Shown here in pieces: positions 45,784 through 55,769 of a stretch of DNA of 64,000 nucleotides. Origin of the DNA: Trypanosoma brucei (lineage: Eukaryota); NCBI GenBank assembly GCA_000002445.1, contig CH464491.1, positions 768,001 through 832,000 of the forward strand. The letters are read 5' to 3'. Position numbers and translations under genes: made by a program. Position 1 is the first letter of the stretch. Each line of letters starts with the position of its first letter. The notes beneath the pieces were generated by a model that worked only from the letters and a program-made list of their open reading frames with translations, made no database searches and was not told where the DNA came from.

Positions 45784-47264
45784 TATGTCAGTGAGATCTC
45801 TCAAATGCAAGTAATTATAATATACAATACAATATATAATTATATAATTATATATTGTACAGTTATATTTATAGCGTATGCGCGTTTCCTTTCGTGTAAG
45901 GAGGAGATATATAGAAAGAGATGACAAAAGATAAAAATAAAGAAAGATAGAGAGCTAGGAGAATTTGGAGCGGAAGACCATACACAAATAGAACTGCGTT
46001 GAGAAAATACATAGAACAATCATTTGAAGGAAAAAAGAAAGAGGAAAAGAAGTAATTTTGAAGTGGTACGAAACCGTCAGCCACGTGGGTGACGCAGAAA
46101 GAAGAAGAAGATACGAAAAAAAAACTGAAAGTGACCAAGTAGGTGAGAAACGACAACAACAAAAAAAAATGTCTAACACATAATAATAAAATGGTGATAG
46201 TAGTGATTGCAAGGGTGGTAAAAATGATAACAGTAATGATAATAGTGATGGTAATAATAATAATAAGGTAAGGGGGGAGAAACCACTAATTCAGGGATAT
46301 AAAAAGTAGCAACTATTCTTTCAGTTGTTATTTTTCTTTTCTTCATTGGTTGTAGCATTCATTTTTCTTGTGTTCCCATATATATATTTTTCATGTTCTT
46401 GTTTTCTTTTCTTTTTTTTAAAAAAAACTGTACTGATCGCCTTTGTCTTGGCTTATTAGTGTTGTCGTTTCTTCCTTTTTTTTTTCCAAACCCTCTTCCC
46501 TTCCTTTTATTTGCTTTGTTTCACCCACTTTCGTATACAATCCCATCATACTTTGCCCAATATTTTATTTTTGTTTATTTTAATTCTTCTTTGTAAGTTG
46601 TTTTCTCGCCAGAAAGTGCGCAGTTTTGCAGCTGACTTGACTGACGATGGCACCGGAGCGATCAACAGCCCCTGGATATCTAAACATGATTGTAATTGGT
46701 TAATATCAATTTTAAAAAAAAAAAACATTTTGAATATTTACAACAGTGTTAAACATCACCAATATTAATATTAATAATAATAACAAGAAAGAAAAGAAAA
46801 GATGTAATAAGACCACTTACCCCCCTCCCCTCCCCTCCCTTACCAGTCATTAGTCTGATTTTGTAATTTCTTCCCTCCCCCCCTTTTTTTTTTATTTGCA
46901 CACGTGTGTGGAAAAGGGCGGGAAAAAGGAAACACAACACAACACAACAAAATAAAATAGAATAGAAGGAAAGAAAAGGAAAGGAGAAAATACTGATCAA
47001 AACCCGAATACAAAAAGAAAACGTCTTGAAGGCGGATGGAAGAGGCCAGACTCCGCAGGTAAAGTAAAGAAAAAGTATTTTTTTTTTTTGTGCAGGGAAA
47101 AAATAAAGGAAAATTTACCCACACACAAACACACAAACACACACACACACACAAAGACAACGAAACAGATCGAAAAATAGATAGAAAGACCACAGGAAAA
47201 AAAAACATACAGACAGACAGACACAATTTTTTTTTTTTTAAAGCTGTACATGTAAGCATAAGAA

Positions 47265-47296
<32 letters not shown>

Positions 47297-47447
47297 CGCA
47301 TTTACACACAGTGAACGTGCTCATGAAACACTCACATAAACAAACACCAAAAATAACAGTTTAGTTTTCTTCCCTTTTAGTTGCTGTTACTGTTGCATGT
47401 TAATCTAATTATTCTTTCTTTTTTCTTTCTTCTTGTCGAGGCACGAT

Positions 47448-47476
47448 CACAAACACAAACACAAACACAAACACCC
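47448..47476. repeat. (CAAACA)5 hexanucleotide repeat, with adjacent CA-rich tract at 47120-47153
   Basis: 'acaaacacaaacacaaacacaaacac' is seen directly. Confidence 0.85.
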
Positions 47477-49804
47477 AAATAATTAAAAAAAAAAAGAAAA
47501 CAAGCACAAGTAAATACAAAAGTGGAATTGAAAGATAGAAAAAAAAACAGATAAACAAATAAGCGAATGAGAGCACAATGCGGGTTTGACATATCACGAT
47601 AAAAAAAAAATTCACATCATATATTCACTTGGGAGAGTGTACTGCGGTAAACACCACAACAACAGAAGAAGAGAAAGAGAAAAAGGAGTGCTTTAAAAAT
47701 AATGAATAAATTAATCATTTAATTATCAATTTATTTATTCATTAAAATTAAAAAATTAAAAAAACAAAACGAAGCAAAATAGTTCAGAAACATAACAATA
47801 GCTACTTTTTTTTCTTATTTATTTATTTTTGATATCACCCATTGTTACTTTCGACCTTCTTTACACCATTATTATTATTATTATTATTTATGCATTAAGG
47901 ACGTCCCATTCCTTACGGGGCGACCCCTTTGATATCAAAGTGCTGTGGTTACCTTTCTTTATATTATATGATTTAATGTATATTATTTATCCTCCTTTTA
48001 TCTCTTTTTTTTTTTTTTAAGACCGTAATATTTTGTCTCATATCTCATTTATTACCGCATCTTTTCCTCCTCCTCCTTCTCCTTGTCCTTTTCGCGATAC
48101 ATACGCCCAATGACAAAAGAAAAAAAAAAAGGAAACAAATAAATAAATAAATATAAAAACACCCGTACAGTTACCGCCATTTACTGAAGAAAGGAGATTT
48201 GTTTGAGAAGGTATAAAAAGGGGGGAAAAAAGAAGAAAGATGTTACAGATAGGTGGTAAAAAGATCTGGGGAAAATAAATAAATATTTTATACGTATATG
48301 TCTACATACTTTTGAAACATATATGTACATCTACAAATTAAATAAAATTTTTTTAAAATGCCATGAGCAACCCTTTAAGAACTTAAATGGAGAGGGTTCC
48401 CCCTAATCAAAACAAAAATAACACAAAAACAATAATAATAATAATAATAATAACTCACTTCAACTGACGTACCGGCGGTTGCTTTGAACTTTTTTTAACC
48501 AAAAAAAAAAGGAAAATAAGCGCGTCGCCCCTCCAAACCCTCATACTTGTACTTTATCAATTTGTAATTCCTGATCTTCTGTCTTTACAGAAAAAAAAAA
48601 AGAATTATCATTATTTGTTTCTTCCTTCTATCTTCCTTTTTTTTTTACTGTTTGATCTCACCGTTTTAATTTTATTTCTTCTTTTCTTCCTGCTTTTGAC
48701 GGAAAGGCTGAATTCTACAAAATTTGCCTCTATACATGTGTCCACTAGAGGTATCATTTACGTGACTTTATTTACACGCCTTCCTTCCTTCCTTCCGTCA
48801 CACACTCTCTCTCTCTTTTTTTCTCCTTTTCTCCTCTTTTATATTTAAAAACAAAATAACATGTTGGCGCCGTTTTGTTTCGTTTTATTTCACCTCTTTC
48901 TTTTATATGATCCACACCTTTATTGTATGGGGGGGGGAAATAACTGGAAACAGACAAACAAAAAAAAAAAGAACCACCTATTTTGTATAAGTGTGCGGAT
49001 ATGCGCGTGTCCTGTGAGTATTTATTTCCCTCTCCTCAACGTTTCCCACTACTTTATTTATTCTTTTCCTCAAAAACAAAATCAAAAACCAAAAGCAATA
49101 CACACATATATAACATGTAAATATATATATATATATGTATGTATATAATGTCGCGACACATCGTTAATTATACCCATCGCTCAATCATCTCCCCGTTCAT
49201 GAAGTTAATTTCTCCACCACCTCTCCAGAGACAAGCATATCCATTCATATATAAATAAATATATAAATATATAATAAATTTAATATATATATATATTTAT
49301 ATGTGCGTGTGTGTGTGTGTGTGCATGGATGCATATATAAATGTAAACATACACGTCAACGTATTCGCTTTCTCCACAGAAACACAGACACACATCACCA
49401 CACTATCATACAGCAGCAAAATAGTTTTTAAAGTATTTAAAAGGAAAGTTTATATACACAGCCACACTTCACACAATTGAAGTATCACATCACTTTTGTT
49501 TTAATTTATTTAAATAACGACTCCTTTACACTTTTTCACTCATTTACTCATCCACTTGTTCACTCGTTTCTTTGTTGTTGTTGTTGTTGTTGTTTTTTGA
49601 TTTCTTTATTTTTTTCCCCCCGTTTCTTTTACTCTTTTTCTTCGTTCCTTATATCACTCCGGAATTCTCCCTTTTCCCTTTTCCCTCCATTCACTACTTA
49701 AAAGTGTGACGATTGGAGAGAAAAATACTTTTTTTTAAAAAAAAAAAGGAACGGGGAATCCGTGGGAGAGACTAAAAGCGATTGAACTAATAAAAATGAT
49801 GATG

Positions 49805-49856
<52 letters not shown>
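49805..49856. repeat. (ATA)17 trinucleotide microsatellite (preceded by (GAT)3)
   Basis: A perfect 'ataataata...' run within the 5.8-kb ORF-free region. Nearby is a (TGT)8 run at 49572-49594. Confidence 0.95.
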
Positions 49857-49857
<1 letters not shown>

Positions 49858-51754
49858 TGTAATTATAATAATTATTACAACTATTATAATTATAATAATA
49901 ATAATAAAGTGGTGTATAAATAAATATATAAATATATATATAAATATATATAGATATAGATATAAGTAAAACAGAAAAAAAAAGACATAAAAGTGAGCTA
50001 CTCGGTAATGGAGAAAAGAAGCGGAATATACGTCGCGCTCATTTCACACATCACATCCGCGACATAATCGAAAATAAAAGAAAAACAAAACAAAACGAAA
50101 GAAAATCATGAAAACGGAAAAAGGGAAAAAATGAGAAAAGGGTAAGTGATGTGCACAAAAAAAAAAAAATCGTGACAGCAAAAAAAAAAACAAAAGAAAA
50201 CAAAAGCGCACTCTTTGACTTCCTTCTGCGCATACATCATTAAGGTAAAAAAAAAAAGAGGGATAGAAGAGAAACAGTTAAAATAAAAAAAAGAAGGTAA
50301 AAATAACGAAAGAAAAACAACATCAATAACAATAAAAGTAATAATAATAATAAAGAAAAAAAAGAGTTTTCAAAGAGGTCACACAAATTTGGTCACACAC
50401 GTCCCTCTTCCACACCACTTGCCGCTTTTTTTTCTTTTACTTTTTCTCGTCCCATCACTTCTCTTCTTTTTCTTTGTTTTCCTCCAAACAAAACAAAACA
50501 AAAAAAAACCTCGCCCGCACCCAATCAAACATTTAGTTTTCTTTTACCTCATGCACCTTCCCTCACACCCATCCGGAAAAAAAAAAGCGTACACACGCAA
50601 CCAAAAACGCCAAAAAAAAAAATGAGTAAGTAAATAAATATAAATGAATGTAGATATAAATATAAATATTCATATAATAAACGTGATACTTTGATTTATT
50701 CATCTACTCCCTTCAACCGCTCATTGACACACGTAACATAAAACAAAAATAAAAAAAACACCAACACACTACTGAATACCCATCGATCCCAATTCCTCAC
50801 GTTAAGTTCCCCTCCTTCAATCATTATAATCTTAACAGTCACAGCGCAGGGAAATTTTAAAAAAAAAATAAATCAACTGCAAAAAAAAAACCGTTTCTTG
50901 TTGATACTGGCGTTGTTGTTGTTACAGTTTTCTTTTTTCTTCCAAGGTATTGTTACTGTTGTTGCTGCTCTTTCTTTTTGATTTGGCTCCGTTTTATTCT
51001 TTTCTCATTCATCTCCTTCATTTATCTCGCATCACACATTTTTCTCCGCTTATACGTCCTTCCTCTCTCTCTCCCTCTCTTCTTCACCTCTTGTTACCAT
51101 TGCAGGCATCTGTTGACGATGAATTAAAATGTGAGAAACGCAAAAAGATGAAAAAGTTGAATAACAAAAGACAAAAGCATAAAGCAAAAGCAAAAACAAC
51201 AAAAAACAAAAAAAACAACAAAGGAAAAAAAGATGGTGAAACAATAGGTAGGACGTAGAAGCCAAATTTAGTGAAGAAAATTTGAGTGGGGAAGCACAAC
51301 CTTGCATGCAAGTTAAGAGCGACAGGGTTAGATGGGGAAGGAGTAAAAAAAAAAACGAAAAGAACCCAGTTGAATTACATGCTTTGGAAAGTGGAAAGAG
51401 CTAGAGCAAAAAGAAAAAAAAGGAACAGATGCGTAAGAAAACAAGGAAACCGGTGAGGGAAATGATAAAAAAAAACAAAAGATAAAAGCGAGCGAAGAGA
51501 GAGAGAGAACCGGATGGGAAGAAGAGGGAAGGGAATGGGTGAAAACAGGGGCGAAAAAGCGAAGTGGGCAAATGGTGTGGGCCGAATGTGACACTGCCTC
51601 CGTCCACGACAATGACCGAGTTATTAATGAACATACCACACAAAAGGGAAGGGGGGGGGAAAAGCAAAGATGGAAAACAGGGAGAGAAAAAAGAAAACGA
51701 AGACAAAAAAAGTTATAAAGAAAAAAAAACAATGGGAGGGCGCATTGCCCTGCG

Positions 51755-54136
51755 CTACACGAAAGTCCACACCCGCGCAACGCCGTCCTGTGAAGCCGTT
51801 ATAATCCGCCGCTCCACAGAATCCACGCGAATGCCACGCGAAAGTCCCTTCCACGCTTGCACATGGCCACCCAACACTTCGCCCAGCTTCCTCACATCCC
51901 AGAGATATAAATTCTCGCCCACACTACCGGCCATGTACATATCGTTTACATGCAAACCAGTTACGTATCCTCTAAGCTTCAATGTATGTGTTATATCCGC
52001 AGTGGACGTGCTGTTCGGTGCAATACCAGCAACTGGTTTTGGTGTGCGGTAATCCCAGGACAGGATAGTACTATCAAACGAACCGGTGAAAAAGTTATTG
52101 CTGTTCCGCACCGTCAGGGCTGGAAGCTTGCGTGTGTGCGCGGCAAACTGTACGACAGACAAACCCACATCCACATTAACAGCCATCACCGTCCCATCAC
52201 TACCTCCTACGAGTGCAACGGGTTCATTCCCAAAAGCATCCACAACTTGTGCATTAGCGGGGATGGAAATCCGCATGGAAGTATTCCCACCGCCGCGGAG
52301 AAGAAGCAACTCATGTCGCAGCCCCCCGAGTAGTAAAAATGGATATTGCGAACCGAGGCTTTTTACGTACGACAGACAGTAGGCATCATTACCAAGTGAA
52401 GCCGTGTAAGATGGTGTTAGCACGACGTCCTCTCCGCAGTCCAAATCGAAGGCCCACTCAACACACGTGCCGTCTTCACACGCAGTGGCGAAATGAAACT
52501 TGTCGTGGGAACTGAGATCCCAAATGGAACTGTCATGGACGTGGGTTTGCAACAGAGACTTACCAAATCGGTCCACAAAGTACACATTTCCCATGGAGGA
52601 GCCCACGGCAAAACGCCCGTCCTCACCAGCCACGTCTACGCATAGAAACCTATCACCCGGTACACCCGAGAAAGTGGCGCAGAGGGCCAAACGGCCATCC
52701 GATAAATGTTCCTCCCTCACCAGTTGTGTCTCGATCACTTCACGAGGGGCGATCTCCACTACATCCACTGCAGCATTAATTCGCACACGCCGTTTGCCCC
52801 TGCCTTGGCGTCCCGGATCATCTCGGTTCTCAGAGGTTTCACCAATGGTACAAAAGGAGCCCCCAGTAACGACACGATCCCGCGTCATGGAAGCTGTCAT
52901 GGTGTGTGAAAGCACTGTTAACGATGTGGAGAGGGACGACCGGACCTTCACCACCCGAGCGTGGTTTATGAGAAACCGTGGGAAGTGTGGGTGTGGTTCT
53001 AAGCATATAATGACCCTCGCCTTCGGGTTAAACCCCTCAAAGTTGCGCGCCCTTGCTTCCCTCATCAGATCCTCAAGTACGCCACAAGTGGATATGGACT
53101 TGTGAGCGTTCACCATGACGAACCATTTACCCTCCGTCATGGCGGATACGAACTGCTCTCCAAACTCCTCCGGTCTTGTTCTCCGGCGAAGCTTCGCGCC
53201 GAGATCAACTGTCAGAACGCTAGCTCCCATCTTTGCTGCAGTGAACTCCAGCTCAGCAATTGGATTCACATCTTGGTAAACACAAATAATGCACGAACCT
53301 ATTTCAACGCCATCAAGAGCAGCGGCTAAACTTCGTCGAATGGTACGTGAAGAAGATGCGGGACGGTGGCTCGACGAAGTCACCCCATTCGCGGAGTTCA
53401 TGTCGGATCCCCTTCCCAAAACTTTTAGTTGCTCAAACTCCAAAAGTGATGGCGTCAGGCCCTCGGTAATCGACCCGGCTTCCTTTCCAGGAATTTGGTT
53501 GACTTTACCGCTTAGCTCTGGTAGAGAAAAATTACTGAATGAGAAAGCCAACTGGGAGCCGCCTTCGTCATGCCCCACTTCAACTTCGTCACTGCATCTC
53601 TTCGCCACACTCGGAAATGAGATGGCGGCAGAAACGGATTCCGCCGGTGAGGACGACGCAGAAGACACCAAACTTGATGGCTTCTCCACATCGCTCTGTC
53701 GCTTGCCATTGGCGACTCGATTCCGCTGTGTCTCAGTTGGATTCTGTGGAGCAACGCTACTGGACACACCATTACACTCCACACTACCCCTCAATTCAAC
53801 CCTCTCACCGTAGCAGTCAACCCTCTCGAATGCAATCAGTACTGTATTCCCCCTCCGTGAATGCAGAAGCTCCCGCAATTCACCGCTATCCGTTACCATA
53901 TGACCATCCACGCCCACTATGCGTGTGCCGAAGCAAAGTTTTGACTTAACATCCTTATCCCCATCGGAGGCATGACATTCGATACGACAGTCAGCCGAGA
54001 TACCTACAGTTGCCACTAGACGTTCTACAGTTGTTACCACAATGTCCTCCGTTCCGGGTTCCATAGTTTCCCCAAGGCAGCAAAAACCTACGTGCAGTAC
54101 GATGTTAATAAGCGAACCAGCAAGTGGGAATCGCAA
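51755..54136 (-). CDS. hypothetical protein with N-terminal PDZ-like segment and C-terminal WD40 repeats
   Basis: 793-aa ORF. 'GTRIVGVDGHMVTDSGELRELLHSRRGNTVLIAFER' is PDZ-like. The C-terminal WD units include 'ILSWDYRTPKP', 'LYLWDVRKLGE' and 'ASQDGVARVWTF'. The start could instead be the Met at 54064 (METEPGTEDIVV...). Confidence 0.55.
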   Translation of the reverse strand: MRFPLAGSLINIVLHVGFCCLGETMEPGTEDIVVTTVERLVATVGISADCRIECHASDGDKDVKSKLCFGTRIVGVDGHMVTDSGELRELLHSRRGNTVLIAFERVDCYGERVELRGSVECNGVSSSVAPQNPTETQRNRVANGKRQSDVEKPSSLVSSASSSPAESVSAAISFPSVAKRCSDEVEVGHDEGGSQLAFSFSNFSLPELSGKVNQIPGKEAGSITEGLTPSLLEFEQLKVLGRGSDMNSANGVTSSSHRPASSSRTIRRSLAAALDGVEIGSCIICVYQDVNPIAELEFTAAKMGASVLTVDLGAKLRRRTRPEEFGEQFVSAMTEGKWFVMVNAHKSISTCGVLEDLMREARARNFEGFNPKARVIICLEPHPHFPRFLINHARVVKVRSSLSTSLTVLSHTMTASMTRDRVVTGGSFCTIGETSENRDDPGRQGRGKRRVRINAAVDVVEIAPREVIETQLVREEHLSDGRLALCATFSGVPGDRFLCVDVAGEDGRFAVGSSMGNVYFVDRFGKSLLQTHVHDSSIWDLSSHDKFHFATACEDGTCVEWAFDLDCGEDVVLTPSYTASLGNDAYCLSYVKSLGSQYPFLLLGGLRHELLLLRGGGNTSMRISIPANAQVVDAFGNEPVALVGGSDGTVMAVNVDVGLSVVQFAAHTRKLPALTVRNSNNFFTGSFDSTILSWDYRTPKPVAGIAPNSTSTADITHTLKLRGYVTGLHVNDMYMAGSVGENLYLWDVRKLGEVLGGHVQAWKGLSRGIRVDSVERRIITASQDGVARVWTFV

Positions 54137-55528
54137 CGATGGTAATTAGAAGGGAGTGCTAATTTACTCTTCCCGTTTAATAATCCCCTTCCCCCAACGG
54201 CACACGCACAAATCGGCACAAATTTAGCTGCTTACGACAGCAGCACACCTCAAGGAACACAAGTCCCACAGTCCTTTCCTCACGGGAACCACCCACGGCG
54301 GCACTCTGTCGCTCCCGCTAATAACTATTGTTGTTGTTGTTTTTGTTTTATTTTCTCTCTGCTCTTCTGTTAGCCGCCTCTTTCGTTTTTCAGCCTGCTC
54401 GCCCGCGTGGTGGTAGCCAGACTGACGGGTACTTGGTGATTGGTATGACTTACTGTTTTGATATATATAACAAAGAAAAGGGAAGGAACGATGGTCAAGT
54501 TGGGAAGAAAATGGGTGAAAAGGCCCTAAAATGGGATGAACTAAAGGAAACACACCAAGTGCCACGGCGGGGTGGGGAGAAAGACGGCTGCGGTAGTGGC
54601 AAAGGCAGTGAAAAAGAAACAACAATTTGGGAAAAGGGAGAGGAAGCGGCTTATTGGATTGCAGCAAGGTACCCTCTGCCGCTCCTACCATACTCGTTCC
54701 CACCATTTCAGCCAAACAGTGGGAAAGTAAAAAAAAAAAAGAGAACTCCTCATCGCCTTTTTTGTCGCCCTTCACCACATTTGCCTTTTTTCATCTGCTG
54801 TTTCTTCTCTACAACTTTTTTTTCACCTTGTCTCCCCCCCCCCCGTTTCGGGTTGCCATTTCGATCGCACAAATGTGTCCGCACGATAACGAAAGGTATT
54901 TTGAAACCTCCCACCGCCACAACATCATATTAGTTTCTTTATTTCTTCCCTCTTTCCATCCTTCATAACACGCCTCTAAAACGAAACAAAAAGAACAGCA
55001 GGGGTCGACTCAAGACATATACAGAGATAAAAAGAACAACAATTGCGTAGCAGGTGGGGGGAAAAAGAATAATGAGGTGGTGGGTAAAGAAAAGTGAAGT
55101 AAGGGGGGGGATGTGAAAAATAATTGAAGTAAGATGGCACACGTACAGATCTAGTCTACTTGATTTTCCATACAAATGAAGAAACAAAGAAAGTATGCAC
55201 GTAACAAAAGTTCAATGAACACTAAAGTCACGCTGAAAGGACGAAGGACAAACCCCATCCACAAGCGGCGTGTCCTTATAATGAGTGACTTGTACTTTCC
55301 CGCTTCACGGAGAACATAACCAAACAGGAGAAAAAAGATAAGAAAAAAGTGTTTAATGTTGCGCAGGTGGAGATATTCGCACGAAACGCAAAAATGTCAT
55401 AACAACACCATCATCATCAACACTCGAATAGTCGAAACGCTCATCATTCCCATCATTATGATCACAACCGCCCTCTCTGCTTTGTTTTCTGTCACCTTTT
55501 ACCTTAACACGTCTAAGGAAGTTAATGA

Positions 55529-55560
<32 letters not shown>

Positions 55561-55769
55561 CTTATATATACTAAAGATACACGGTAGTTGCACCAGTACA
55601 ACTGCGCTAACACGCAATAGTACTGTAAAGAGACGCGCAGTATCCCCTCCTACAAATACACGCACATACAAAAAAAAAAAAGAAAACAAGCAGGTGTCGG
55701 GGCGATAAATACTGCAGAAAGGAAAACAACAATGCAAAACCTTCACATGACTTCACAACGTGAACGAAA

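Larger units (their letters stand above)
45928..51754 (-). other. 5.8-kb ORF-free, low-complexity region (very long 3'UTR of the PDZ/WD40 gene and/or unannotated non-coding feature)
   Basis: Only short low-complexity ORFs (poly-F/L/K artefacts of pyrimidine/purine tracts) occur. The region contains (ATA)17, (TGT)8, (CAAACA)5, CA-rich tracts and many A/T homopolymers. Confidence 0.6.

Noticed and set aside
46749-47615. Several 70-140-aa minus-strand ORFs (and 51328-51780, 150 aa) in the ORF-free regions
   Set aside because: They are extremely low-complexity (poly-F/L/C/V or K-rich) translations of pyrimidine and purine tracts and microsatellites. I treated them as UTR or intergenic sequence.
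52500-53813. Plus-strand ORFs of 201 and 174 aa
   Set aside because: They are antisense to the PDZ/WD40 CDS, with S/T/P/R-rich composition typical of reverse-strand artefacts in GC-rich coding DNA.
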